Positions 21,664-35,961 are shown, counted from the first letter of the stretch. The stretch is DNA of 64,000 bases from Amoebidium appalachense (GCA_963693365.1 CAVNZM010000010.1:1054001-1118000); one strand, 5' to 3'. The notes: generated by a model from the sequence alone, not told the origin. Numbers and translations are program-made.

Positions 21664-24600
21664 TTACTTAGCAGGCAAGCCCACAGCCATTACAATCGAA
21701 TCAGGCTCGCTCTGCAGCGTAGTGCACTTGGACGTGTACTGGCCGCACGTCTTCGTCACCGTGTTGTACACGGCAACCTGGCAGTTCTTCCTCGACTTGC
21801 ACCATGCAATGCACTTTGCCTGGCTGAACACCCTGACGCTGGCTCCAGCCCGCGTTGAATCGGGGCATGTCTCCGGGTTGACCAGTTCTGGACGGTTTAA
21901 AGGCTATAGTCAGAGGATGCAGATTGATTGGAGTGAGGATGTGTGTTTGTGTGTTTGTGTGTGGTTGTGGGTATGTTTGTGTGTTTGTGTGTTTGTCGGG
22001 CGGGCGGGGCGAGCGGGGGGCAGGATAGGGGGGGGGGGGGGGGGGGGGGGGGGCAGTAGGCAGGAACATCCTCGAGATATGATAACTAAAACCTATCGGC
22101 ATGACACTTTAAATCAAATCACGGCGTGAATCAAATGGCCCCCGAAAACAAATGTGGAAAGAAAAGCGGTAAGCAAACACAATAGACAACGGGCTCAATG
22201 GTGCAACGATGACTGGGAGTTTGTGAGGTTAGTGCATGTGAAAGTGTGTATGTGCGTACACGCACAAGGACGGGCGTGCAAAAGTGTTTTTATTTTCTCT
22301 TCTTTTCTTTTCATCGGATATGGGGGAGGGGGGCGGGGGGCGGGGGGGGGGGGGGGGGGGGGGGGGGCGGTAGATCTCCGTTTGTAACTTATTGATTGTG
22401 GGAGCCTCAGGGGGGAGGGGGGGGGGGGGGGGGGGAGACGAGGTAAAACTTACTCTGCAGTGTAGATGTGGTGGCTCCGGCGAGGGCAATCTTTTCGAAG
22501 CAGTAGGGCGACGTGAAACAGAAATTCAAAAGGGGAAAATACGTTGCGAACTGGCAGCCAGGGACTGTTCCGCATTTCTGGATACATGCCTCGTTTGAGG
22601 CGATCTCATTGAAAGCTTGTGTCTTGTATGTGCTCCCCACTACCACCGCCGGTTTGCACATAAAATCTTTTAGATTGACCTCAGACAAGAGGTTATTTGC
22701 AACACACGCGCCGTTCGGACCAGCACTAAAACCAGGGCTGCATGTACATTTGCGATATGCCTTGCCATAAGGGGTGCATGTGGCACCGTTGGGGCAGGGA
22801 TTTGGTTGACACACGCCGGTGGGTGCTGGGGTTGTGGTTGTGGTTGTTTGGGCTGGATTTGCTGATGGTGTGGTGGTAGCGGTAGCGGTAGTGGTAGTAG
22901 GAGTGGTAGTGGTGGTTGTAGCTACAGTCGTGGTGGTGGTGGCTGTGGCATTTGACACACACATGAAACCCCAGGTCTTGTCAAGTACTGGCACATATCC
23001 CCCGGCATTGCACTCGCAGGTAAAGGAACCTTGCGTGTTGGTGCATAGCGCTTCGTCCAATGCAGGGCAGTACTTTTTAGTACGCTCTGCATCGCTGCAC
23101 TCATCAATATCATCTGTGAAAAACAACATGGTGAGTGCCTCGCTTTTATATCATTAAGCCAGTTTAAGAGAGAATATATAGTACAGCGTACATGCAAGAG
23201 TCGGCTTGCACCCGATTCCTCTGCAAACCTCAATGTATCCGGTCTGGTTCTGTGACTTGGATGCAGCAGAGACTACGAACCCACACGGCCACACAAACAT
23301 ACACAACGCATTAAACACCGAAATGTGTGATGCTGCCACACGCGAGTAATGCAGAGGCTGCCACAAAGTGACCACCAAAGTGAGCCTGAGAATCCCACAA
23401 GATCCCATGCCACAATCCAAGCACTTACTATAAGAAGCCATGAATATGTGTCGTTGTAGGACATAATGATTATGATCAATTTTTACCAAAAAAGCATTGT
23501 TGCTCGGTGTACAATTGCCAAGATGTACTTACCGCACATAGCCGACACAATGGCAATCAACCCCGACTCTTGTGGGTCAATTTGCTTGGTTGCATTCAAT
23601 CGATATCCCGACGGACAAATGCAGTCGTAGGTAGAGCTATTAGGGGGAAACATTCCGGTTGCCGGGTCTACACTTGGAAAAAGTGGCACACACGTGCTTC
23701 CGGATGGGCATACGTCTTGTATTCCCGCCTTTGCACACGCAGTTTCATTAAGTGGCAAGATCACATCCACCGGGGCTCCAGTAGGCATCACTACCACGGG
23801 AACCGATGCTGTGGTCACCGTCACAATCCCCGGTGTCGCCAGGTCCCTGACAGCAGCACACACTTTCCCAGGCTGGTTGGTACTGGGTTGGATCACCTCT
23901 CCCGCATTGTTGCATGTACACGTGAAGGAGCCCTGGGTGTTGGTACAGGTTGCCTGGGTGGCGTTTGGGCAGTAGGTTGTGCCCATGCTGCATTCATCTA
24001 TGTCCCCTGTGGTGCAAACGCGGTTCAATGACATGTACAAGTCAGCATTTCTGATAATTGTATATGCCTGAGTGACTCTCTAGTCAGTGTTATTATGAGT
24101 AATATTGGACGCTATTCATCTTTCACTCCGAAGCGCTTCCACATACGGTCCGACGGTAAATGATTCTCTACTTGCGAGACTGCCAAACTTAGTACACACA
24201 CTGCCCGGTATTACTATCACAAAAAAAAGACGGTTTCTGTGATGCACTGAGACTATCTTAGCACACGTACAGTGTCCCCCGATGCAGACATCACATACAA
24301 CATACAAGCACACATCTACCCACAAGAATACATTAAATATTTGCTACAATTCAATGCGGCGCTGGCAGAAATCATATTATGGTTGGTTTTACTCACCGCA
24401 GTATTTCTTTGACGACACGACGGTACCGTTTGCATCAACGGTATCGATGGAGCGAAGATCATACCCAGTAGGGCACCGGCATTGGAACTGGTTGTCGGGA
24501 AGAACCACGCACGTGCTCTCAGGTGGGCAGTCGCTATTTAATATTCCGGCCTGCTGGCATGCAGTGTCATCCCGACGCACGAGTGGGCGTATACCTGCAG

Positions 24601-25098
24601 GGGGTGCTGATTTCGGTGTGTTACAAATTGGCCCTACAGCCGCAACGTTCCTTAGGCTTCACGGTGCATTACTCTTGGGAACCCAAAAAAGTCAATCCAC
24701 TTGGCATGACGGGTAGTTACCCACTTCGTAAAAATATTACAGCCACCAGGCTTTGCGCTAACTGTACACTAACGGACGTTTCTATTTCACAGCTCATGTT
24801 TCCTTACCCACCTATAGGACGTACTGTACGGGTCGGGCGTCTGCATGCAGCTGTAAAAGTTTTTTTGTTTCAACCGTGATGAGCGTGATTGGGTTGAAAC
24901 ATACACCAGGCAAGTTATCGTGAACAGTTGCACCACAAAGCAACCGGAAACAACACAGTTGAACACACACACGAGTATTCACAGTTACATGAATATTCAA
25001 CACTTGGGGGGGTCTTGGGAGAGATTCAAGCACTTACCAGCTGCAGAGCACAAGGCAAAGATGGCCGAGAGTGCCACCAGCAACCGTTGAGGAGCCAT
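21664..25098 (-). CDS. Secreted EGF/calcium-binding EGF - Thr-rich mucin linker - PAN/apple domain protein (~538 aa)
   Basis: Exons 25098-25038 (signal peptide MAPQRLLVALSAIFALCSAA), 24594-24397 (EGF), 24006-23533 (cbEGF DIDEC...CTNTQGSFTC + EGF), 23113-22454 (cbEGF, poly-Thr, EGF CQPNPCPNGATC, PAN ACIQKCGTVPGCQFATY), 21887-21664 (PAN KCIAWCKSRKNCQVAVYNTVTKTC, TAA). All introns are GT-AG and phase 1. No transmembrane segment. Confidence 0.85.
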
Positions 25099-25671
25099 GG
25101 TGGCAGCAGAAAGAACACGCCGCGTAAATAAATGAAATGTGTTCAAAGATCAAGATTTCTCTGCCTCTAGATACTGGCCTGAATGTGTTACTCACAAAAG
25201 ATACCGGAGACAATGAATGCAGGTGCACAATTCCTCGACGGCCCGTGCCCGAACGAAACTGTGGCAGTTTGGCAAATAGACTGAGTTTATGTACTGGCAC
25301 GGGTTTAGGCTTTGGAATTTATGGAATGACAGCAGCCTGCTATGGTATTTATGCGCGAATATCGGGTGACTATTCACAGCAGCTCATGTATTAGTAGACA
25401 TGTTCTGATTGGTTCAGGGCTCGTGTACTCTTGGGGATAGTTTTTGTCATATATATACATATATAGGTCACATGCACATGTGTGGGCACGCAGACCTTGA
25501 TGTTCCCGAGTTCATCTCAGCTGCCATTCTGTGGGCTAGAGTATTTTATGTAAACTGTTACAGTAGCCCATGCATCATATCACAAATTGATGCACGTATG
25601 CGTACTGATGTGCACGCGCGTTTCCTTTCGAAATATGCATATGGCAAGGGCGATCGTGATATATGAGCTGC

Positions 25672-25767
25672 GGAGGGGGGGGGGGGGGGGGGGGGGGGGA
25701 GGGGGGTGGGGGGGGGGGGGGGGGGGGGGGGGAGGGGGGAGGGTGGGGGGGGGGGAGGGGGGGAGGG

Positions 25768-25815
<48 letters not shown>

Positions 25816-25841
25816 GGGGGGGGGGGGGGGGAGGGGGGGGG
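25672..25841. repeat. ~170-nt nearly pure G tract, followed by (TTTC)n at ~25975-26070
   Basis: Seen directly. Homopolymer lengths may be unreliable in long-read assemblies. Confidence 0.85.
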
Positions 25842-25983
25842 AGGCTCGAGCTCGAGAGGCGAAGGCATGCTTGCGATTGGGCGATTAATATTATGTGTTG
25901 CCCCATGCATTCCGTAACTAGTTAATCTTTTTTTTTCTTTATTTTTTGTCTTCTTTTCTTTCTTTCTCTCTAGATCTTTCTTT

Positions 25984-26047
<64 letters not shown>

Positions 26048-26076
26048 TTCTTTTTTTCTTTCTTTCTTTTTTTTTT

Positions 26077-26107
<31 letters not shown>

Positions 26108-27058
26108 GGGGGATATTATAATTATTCGCAGAACACTGACTGCCTGAGTGCCACGCACTGTGCCTCTCCTGCACCATCTCGCATGCACATGTTCAAAGAT
26201 TATTTATTCGTGGATGCGGAACAGTACTGTAAAATCATACGTGAAAGCAGACGCTTGATCACACGATGTACATACATGACATGGCGCTAACGATTATAGC
26301 TATATTGGGAGAGCGGATGTCTTTTGCTTATTACGATAACCCGTACGATATGCATTTTGCTACATGTACATGACCGTTAGTAAGCCTCCTTTTTCAAGCA
26401 CGTGTGCACATGGGGGTTTACGAAGATATGTATATATCACAAACGGTACCGTGGCACATGAATAATTATATAAACAATTCCGCTTGCCAAGGCCGGTATG
26501 TGTGCCGTGACGAAACTGAGCCAGCTAACTTGATGCGGTGCTCATTGCACAATGACCTCATTGAGCAAAGTCAGTCACAAGATCTATTCGTCAACAGAAC
26601 TTGTCCCAGCTCAGCTTAGCCAATCATGCCGTCGCATTGGATGCTGAAAAGAATTCAAACAGGCCCAAAGCTATGTCATTGAAAATGTTGGGCGGAGGCC
26701 GCGTCAACTTGAACCTGACCAATACATTGTACCCTTTTTCATTTTGCCCGAAGCTTTCATGGTCCCACATACATCTACGTATACGTAATAGTGACTAGTT
26801 AGTAGTTTGCAGTTTTCACGGAGTCACAACTTTTCAGCGTCAGGGGAATCACCCGAAGTTCAGATAAAATTTGTGCTTTTGCATACCAGTTTGCTTTTGC
26901 ATACCAGAGGATAAAACGTGTCGACTCGAGATTCCAACAAATAGTTATACTGCCTATGTCATAACCCGTAGTATAAAACGCTCTGCGGGCTCACAAACTA
27001 TTGTGCCATTGTTCAGGCACGTCCGTTGACGCCAGAAGCGGTGTATTCTGAAGTCATC

Positions 27059-27729
27059 ATGACACTTGTGACTCCTGCAGTGCGCCTGGCGTTCGCCCTC
27101 GCGGCCCTGGCGAGTCCTGCGACACTTGTTTCCGCACAAGGCAAGTGCCTGGTGATGTCTCATTGCTTGTCACGGCTTGCACTATCACGGGTATTGCCAT
27201 GATAAGTAGTCTCATTTGTAGTTAGTGAAATTGGAATGACACAGGTGCAGTGACTTGAAACCAAGTGTTAGTGTATAACGGCAAGTCACCGAGTCCATCA
27301 TGCATGTGTGCCCTGCCCCCCGTGAAACCATTTTTGCTATTGATATCTCCCAGACAGCTAATCAAACTTTGTGCACCACACAGCATCAGCATTTCCTGCA
27401 GCAACCACGCCCCTGAGTTTGGACGAGGAAAATATTGTGTGTGACAGCACCGCTCTGGCGGACTTTAAGTTCAATGAGTTGGCGGCGGCTAGCAAGAAAT
27501 GCCAGGACCTGAAGTCGGACTGTGTTTTCATTTCACGGTCAACAAAAGCCGGATCCAAGATATACCTGTACAAGGAGTGCAATAAGGCCAAGAAGGCCAA
27601 AAGCCCCACCAGCTACCGAATCTACTACAACAAAAACAGTATGTGACTCACCTACTTAAGAATTTCCTCATGAGTTGTGTCCGGATCCGTGGGCCTCTCT
27701 CCATTCTATTCCCTTTTTAACTTTCCCTT

Positions 27730-27814
<85 letters not shown>

Positions 27815-27882
27815 ACACAAGAACACACAAGTAATTTTTGAAAGCAGATTGAAGCACACACACACACCCATACACACACGTG

Positions 27883-27914
<32 letters not shown>

Positions 27915-30900
27915 TCTCCCCCCCCCCCCCTCTCCCTCTCTCATGGCTACCACCAGACCCTAACTAAACTCATAAACACTCAAAACACTCACAACACTGT
28001 CCACACTTTCGCCTCCAGTTTTCGAAAATGAAGAGTCCACCGCCTCCTACCCTACCTGCCTGGATGACCCCCTGAACGTATACGAAGGCAAAGACGTCAC
28101 CTACTGCTCCAGTCTCTGCACCAACGAGGGCAACTGCAGGGCAATGCAGTACAGTTTTGCCACAAAGACCTGCAAGTTGTTCACTTCCCCATGCCAAAAG
28201 TTTGGCCCGGCAGAGGTCAGGACCATCTATCTGCAGAACACACGTAAGTCCCCCCTCAGCCTTCCCTCCCTCCCCCCCACACGAAGAAAAAGAGAAATAA
28301 AAAAGGTCCACTTCATCCCCTTTACTTCATATGCATACGTACATGAAATGTGCAGAGGTCTTACTGCATACAGTCGTATCCGCCACTGGGATAATAGCAC
28401 TTAACTTTTCTGTCATGTTCTTCTCGGCTGTGCTTAATTAATGCAGCATACGCATAGATTCGAGCTTAGAATAGTATATAAACATGTGAGACAAAACTAA
28501 CTGTACCCTGTCCAGGTCACGAGGATTCGTGCTCCTCTCAAGACAGAAACGATTTGCTGTCCGTGCAACCGTGCTATGCAAATGGAAAGACCATTTTCAG
28601 TGCACCGCTCGATGCTGGCTCGTACGTCAAGTGTGGTTGCCAGTGCAACGCAGGCTTCACCTTCATCGATGACATGAACCCACGTTGCGAAGGTATATTC
28701 CCCATGCCTGTCACATTGGTTTAGCTTGATGCCTTGAATACATATGTCACGTGAAGATGCTTTGATTGCCTGTGTTATACATAACTTACGGTACAAACCT
28801 ACAGTACAATGCACTAGGATTGTTGTGTCTAGCCCGGTGTGCATGCGTGGTTTACAGCTGGATACTGCGCCATGGTACTCTTTGGCCGTCCCCCTCTCCC
28901 TGCCGATACCTACACACACACAGAAAATTAAATTTTTCACACACACTTGCACATTGTCACTGCACTCACATACTGTTACAGCATTATCAGAATAAATGTG
29001 GAGCAGAGGCAGGATTCGGTCCTGTGACCTCTGTAAGGGACAATCACTTCTACATAGCGGATCGAGAGTAGAGAGGTACGCAGGAAGTGGTTTGAGATCT
29101 CGGATCCTCCGGTACCATCTGAGGATGGTCCGGCTGGTTTATATACCTGGGCGGATGCCAGTCCGCGAATACATCGTCCAATAGGATTACAGTTAGTCTC
29201 TCAGGATAGATCGGGATTATGTACTAGCCAATAGGAAGACAGTTATGTTTCCTGGCGTATGTGGCCCCAGGCGGTCCCCAAGTACGCGGGGACGGGATAG
29301 GCGGGAACAGGCTAAGTGCGTGACTGGGAAGATCAGGAATAAACAGATATGTAGACTGTTCTATCATAACAAGCATATGGGCCTGTGGGCTGAATCATTT
29401 CACGATCTTAATTGGTGCATTAGCAACCGACTGTCACACGTGTTGTCCACCCCGATCTCAGTACAGCTCCGCTAATGTGACCCATGTGCCCCAGGGATAA
29501 ACGAGTGTGTTGAGGGTACGCACACATGCAGAGGCATGTCATCGTGTGTCGAGACTGGTGGCTCATTTTCGTGCAGCTGCCCAAAGGGCTTCATTCTTAC
29601 TAACTTAACTACGAAAGGCTTCTATGATTGTGGGAGGTGTTCCCTCTTTTTTTTTTTTTTTTTTTTTTTTTTATAAAAGAAAATCGTGATCACACCCTAG
29701 CTAACTACTATATCGCTAGAATGACGTAACATACTATTACACATACACACACGGGCACGTGTGAAGTGGACATACTCACACCACACCCACCCACACCCAC
29801 ACACAGACCCCATCCCCGGTGCCATCGTTTCATGAGCATGTCTCTGCAGTCTAGAACAGCCTTTGTAAAATACCTTGTAGTGAGAAAAAAAAGAATTCCT
29901 TGCACCTTTTTAACTCCACCCCTCTCTCTCCTCAGCTCCGAACGAGTGTGAAAATGGCCAGCACACGTGTGGAACCATGGCCACCTGCGTCAAGAATCCA
30001 ACATCGTTCACATGCACCTGCCAGAAGGGCTTTGTTCTCTCACCACTGACAAACGGAAAGTACAACTGCTGTAAGTGAACCTTTGTCCCATCTTCACTAA
30101 ACTGGTGATAACTTAGCTGCTGGGGGGGCGAGAGTTCTTCCGCCTGTCCGTGGAGTTCACTACCGTATGGTGATCTGCAGGTCTTTCTCTTTGGAGTTTG
30201 TATGTGAGTGTTTGTGAACTTATTACAAATGAATCAATAATTCTTGTTCTGTATGTGAGTGTTTGTGAACCTATTAATGAATCAATAATTCTTGTTCTAT
30301 GTCATTTTCTAGATATGGGCCTGTCTGACAGTAGGGCACGACGACATTGCTCTTACCACCAACTCAAAGGTAAATCCAACTAGCTGTCGTACTTGTGTAT
30401 TGCTGCAGACACGAGACAGCCCGGGATAATAAGGGTTTGAGTGACGACTCAATAGTGTGCAGACTTTATTAATAGTCTGGGTGCCAACCCCATGTGCCTT
30501 AGTTTAGTGACACGATAGATAGAGGATAGCTAGCTTACGGTGCCGCCCTTCTAGCTAATGAGTGGAGTGCCGTCTCCAGAGATAGTATGGTGTGAAGCGT
30601 TTTCTGACAGGAGGCACTACCAAAACCACCTGACCACCACCACCATGCCTCTTGCTACGAATTTTTCACTGAGTACACGCGCTGACCACATTCACATGCA
30701 GTGAACGACCTCTGCAAAACTAACCCCTGCCCGGTTGGTTCAACCTCATGCACCAACGTTGGCGCCTCCTCGTTCAACTGCACCTGTCCAACCAAGTTCG
30801 GCTTCACACTCAGCGCTGACAAAACACGGTGTGAATCTCAATATCAGAAAATCAAAATCGTGCAAATAGCCTCAGGCTACAGGTGTATTCGGAACAGCAA

Positions 30901-31083
30901 TGGTGCCATGCCCATAATTCTTGATAAAACTGATTCCCTTGAATTGTGTGCGAGTTATTGCCGAGACTACGAAGATTGCCAATTCATCAGCTACAATGCA
31001 AAGAAAAAAATATGCCAGATCTCGTTGACTTGTACAAACAAGGAAGCCGTCAAGGACACCGTCAGCTATGCTTACATGGGTAT

Positions 31084-31118
<35 letters not shown>

Positions 31119-31898
31119 CGGCCCCCAACACCAACACCGTCTCAAAAAATAAAATAAAAAAAATAAAAAAAATAAAAAAAGGAAAGAATTAATACAACTT
31201 ACCTAGCCTACCACCACCGACAGCAGCAGCCTCAATGATTTTAGGCAGTAACATACAACAAATCTGATCTCACTAATGAGGATTGTTGTTTTTTCATACC
31301 CGAGAGTATTTGAAATTCGGACATATCAAACTACGATATATAGCTGCACAACTTATATATGTATGAATGGCACAAAGTCATCTCCTATTAGGGTAGAATG
31401 CTTGAGCACCATGGAACCCCCCCCCCCCCCCCCCCCCCCAACCCCCCTCCCCACAACTTCCCTCGGTCTGAGTCCTAAAGTTTGGTCCCAATGCGCCTCG
31501 GTCCAAGGAGACTAACTATATATGCCGATCTGGATGTGCTCAGTATGTGCCATGTTCTACTTGTGACATTGGTGCAGGTGCACGTGCCCACATTTGAAAC
31601 ACTTTAGAGTATCATTATGGTGTTAAATTACAGTGGCTCTACCCTGGCTGGCAGCTAACCCTACCCTTGTTTAACCCACACAGAGTTCAGATACCCAGGT
31701 ACCTGCCCCATGCGTTTTCTGTTGAAGACAGTCAACAAGGTGGTGGATATGGCGGAGTGTGTTGTTCGCTGCCGAAGCAACAAAGACTGCAAGGGTATTG
31801 ACTATGTGGTTAGCAGTCAGACATGCAACCTGTATAAGAAATGCGAAGGTATGCCGGAAGCCAACAATGATTACGCTGTACCCATGTTGTTGGTATAG
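27059..31898 (+). CDS. Secreted PAN-PAN-EGFx4-PAN-PAN modular protein (~528 aa)
   Basis: Exons 27059-27140 (signal peptide MTLVTPAVRLAFALAALASPATLVSAQ, GC donor), 27402-27638 (PAN-like), 28019-28243 (PAN YCSSLCTNEGNCRAMQY), 28516-28692 (EGF), 29495-29629/29632 (INECVEGTHTC EGF), 29936-30070 (PNECENGQHTC EGF), 30702-31079 (EGF + PAN LCASYCRDYEDCQFISY), 31684-31898 (PAN ECVVRCRSNKDCKGIDY, TAG). All introns are phase 1. Confidence 0.85.
28974..29345 (-). mobile_element. Possible solo LTR in an intron
   Basis: 372-bp microsatellite-free insert bounded by TGTT...AACA, with a TATA-like GGTATATAAACC on the - strand (~29137-29148) and two CCAATAGG motifs. Flanks catac/gatat match only 3 of 5 as a TSD. 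Confidence 0.35.
30199..30301. repeat. ~51-bp tandem duplication (2 copies)
   Basis: tgtatgtgagtgtttgtgaac(t/c)tatta(ca)aatgaatcaataattcttgttct x2. Confidence 0.85.
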
Positions 31899-33151
31899 AC
31901 CCGGGCCGAGAGCGTTACCCACCGTCACCCGACACTATGATACCAAAAGACAAACCGAGACGAAAATTCATTCACTGAGCTATTTTAATTTAGTGAAGTA
32001 TCTCTATCCATGGATGCAAGCTTACCCTTATATAGTAACATACAATACGGTACGGCTCCTAGTGTCTGACCACACTTTGACAAATTATCAATATCTCTGC
32101 AAAACTTGCACTCATCAGTTCAGTACTTATAGTGCCCCGCCGGTATTTATAGTCACTCTATGCATCATGCGACGACCCCAAGAGAGCTGGCGCCCCTGCC
32201 TACATTTTTGCTCAGCCTACCTGTCATCAGCGAGCATATATATTGGACACGTCTGCATTTGCCAAGTGCTTCGGTATTGGGTTTTATCTTTTTTTTTGGT
32301 TGCTCGCATTACCATTACCATGAAACCATCCAGTTGAAGGTGTTAAACTACTGCTTCAGCTGCTTGGATCCATTTCTTTATTAGACCATGAAAAACAGTG
32401 TTAAATACAGCTAGCAGTCACAGATACGTAGGGTGACAGGTACTGCAGGGTATATGTAGTCTGGTAGGCGTAGAATTAGTGTAGGTTCAACTTGTGACTA
32501 TGTAATCAAAACCAGTCTGAGGGCCTGCAGCAGCAACCCGGTTTTTAGTGTAGTCAAAGTTTTGGGTTGGCTGTGGAACAAATTTTTACGTTGATGGTCA
32601 ACTAGACTATGCAATACGAGAAATCTTGACACAATAAATCTTGTTCTTAGACCTGTATAACAATATGCAAAGGTGCTTACCTAGTGTAAGTTGAAGATGT
32701 TTTTCCTTAAAACGTCTTCCCTGTTTTCGTCACAATGCTAGTCCTTTGTGAAAGATGTGGTGTTAGCGTGTGTGTGTGTCCGCGGAGGGGGGGGGGGGGG
32801 GGGGGGGGGATACCGATGGCGTGTGTGTGTGTCTCCGGAGGGGGGGGGGGGGGGGAGGGGGTGGGAGGAGCAATGTCAGTTTCTGGGAGCGATGCGTGTG
32901 CCTTGTCCACATGCATGTGTAGGCATTTGTTCCTGCGTTACGTGTGCTCAATCTTGGGACGATGATCTGCATGCACACGTGGTCGTGCCACGTTGAGTAT
33001 ATTGTATATTAGACAGTTGTATAACCAGAGGGTCCCTTTATAGTTGGGACAGTTGTCTCAGCTTGCCGTTCCGACTGTGACAGCATTTGCGAAAGGGTCC
33101 ATGACGTGTGTGAGCATCTGTGCGCATGTGTGGGAGTGTGCATGCCTGTAT

Positions 33152-33435
<284 letters not shown>

Positions 33436-33740
33436 CACCCCCCCCTTCCCTCCCGCGTAGGCCTTCCATACCCAATCACACAGACAAAACTTTGTCTCCT
33501 TGTAGAATCGATGTGTTGGGGTATCACTGCACGCTTAAATAACGTGGCCTTCAATCTATTGTGCAAGGATAGGCAGAAATATAGACACATGCACACGCAC
33601 GCCACACACATTAACAAACAATTACACAGACAAGCACACACAAACCAACAAACAGACACACAAACCACACACCTGTGCGATTATACACACACACACAAAA
33701 CACAATAACCCAACACACACACACACACACACACACACAG

Positions 33741-33797
<57 letters not shown>

Positions 33798-33799
33798 GT

Positions 33800-33830
<31 letters not shown>

Positions 33831-33849
33831 ACACACACACACACAGTGT

Positions 33850-33963
<114 letters not shown>

Positions 33964-34989
33964 CCATTACCACCATCCCCCCTCCCCCCCCTCCTGCTTT
34001 TTCAACATTGTTTTTCTTCGCGCTGTTTCACGTGTTTCTGCCCTATCCACGAGACTCTGATTTCTCGCCTCTCCATATTTTATTTGTCGTCAATGTCATA
34101 AAAGAAAAAGGGTACACTCAATACACAGTCATTAACGGAACGATTTGTGAATCAAAAGTTGCCAGTAACTACCTCCTCCCTCCCCCACCTCCCCCCGCGC
34201 TCCCCCCTCCTCCTCTTTCTCCCCCCCCCCCCCCCCCCCCCCCCCGCCCCCCCCCCCCCTCCCCCCCTCTTCCCCCCCCCCCCCAAAAAAAAAAATAAAA
34301 AAAAAATAAAAACAAATTGCCCACATCATATTACCAACCTTTCCCGGTCAATCTCGAAACTTATCTCCACACCTCTCTTTCCCGTCTCACCTGCCTACCA
34401 ACCCGTTTGCACCTTGTTCACAACAATTCCCTTATTTCCCACCATTTAATTTTGATTTTATACCGCAGCACTAACTGAAGCCGCCATGCAATCGAGAGCA
34501 TTTGGCCTTCCTATCGTAGTCCCGTTTCCTCCTCACGACCCAGCTCCCCTACTCCTTCCTCCTACTGCTCCCCTTCTCCCACCTCACAACACCCATACAC
34601 TAGCTGGCGCACGCACACGCTGAGACGCACGCACGCATGCACGCACGCATGCAGACACGCACGCACGCACGTACGCACGCACGCACGCACGCACGCGCGC
34701 ACGCGCACACACATATACACACAGACACAAACACAAGCCACACAATTCAAGCCATACAATTCAAGCCACACAATTCAAGCGTCAAAATTGCACACAAAAT
34801 GAATGGCAAGCAACGCTCAGCCTCGCTTAGTAGGAAGTCTTAATTTTTTTTAACATCAACTTGAATTGAACCTTTTCCACTTCTTTTTAAAAATTGATTT
34901 GTGTCCTCGTGTGCACTTACCCAGAGTTGTGCAATCGACGGAGGTGCCCCCTTCACTGTCGAGTGAATGGGTAGGTGTGGTCGCCCCCA

Positions 34990-35034
<45 letters not shown>

Positions 35035-35319
35035 CGGGCTATCGGGCATAGTCCTTCCTGCATAGAGTTCCGTGCACACGGACACACACACACACACAAG
35101 ATCACTCACTCACTATCTTACACATCGGCTCTATCATCGGGTGTGATATCCAAAAATCTACCCTATCTGCTTTACCGTTGCTCGAATATCTTCTTTTTTA
35201 TTTTTTATTCAGTACTGAATAGAAATTATGTATGATGCTTTTTAATGCTCGGCATATCATCAGTCCCCTTCTATCGTCCCCCCCTCCCCTCTTCTTCGCC
35301 CCCCGTACCCTCCCTGCCC

Positions 35320-35389
<70 letters not shown>

Positions 35390-35499
35390 CGGCCCTCATC
35401 GCAGTACCCGCGCCTACCATGAAGGGAAATACTGTGTGCACACACGAACATATTAGATGTGGGTGGGAACGATTATGCCACTTAGTGTATCATGTGTGT

Positions 35500-35597
<98 letters not shown>

Positions 35598-35707
35598 TCT
35601 AGATCCAGCATGGGTGTTAGTTATTTGCAAACATCAGTCGTGATGCAGGAACACAGGAAGGTATGAAATGTGCATTTGTGTGTGTGTGTGTGTGTGTGTT
35701 GTGTGTG

Positions 35708-35753
<46 letters not shown>

Positions 35754-35800
35754 TGCGTGTGTGCATGCGTGCTGTGCGTGCACGCATGTGTGCATGCATG

Positions 35801-35856
<56 letters not shown>

Positions 35857-35908
35857 CGTGAGTGTGTCTGTGTGCGTGCGTGCGCGCGCGTGTCTGTGCG
35901 TGCGCGCG

Positions 35909-35961
<53 letters not shown>

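Noticed and set aside
24812-24853. Possible 42-nt phase 1-1 mini-exon in the EGF gene
   Set aside because: Frame-compatible but not required and unsupported by homology.
30385-30609. Second LTR-like insert (TG...CA, AATAAA on -)
   Set aside because: Left boundary ambiguous and no TSD.
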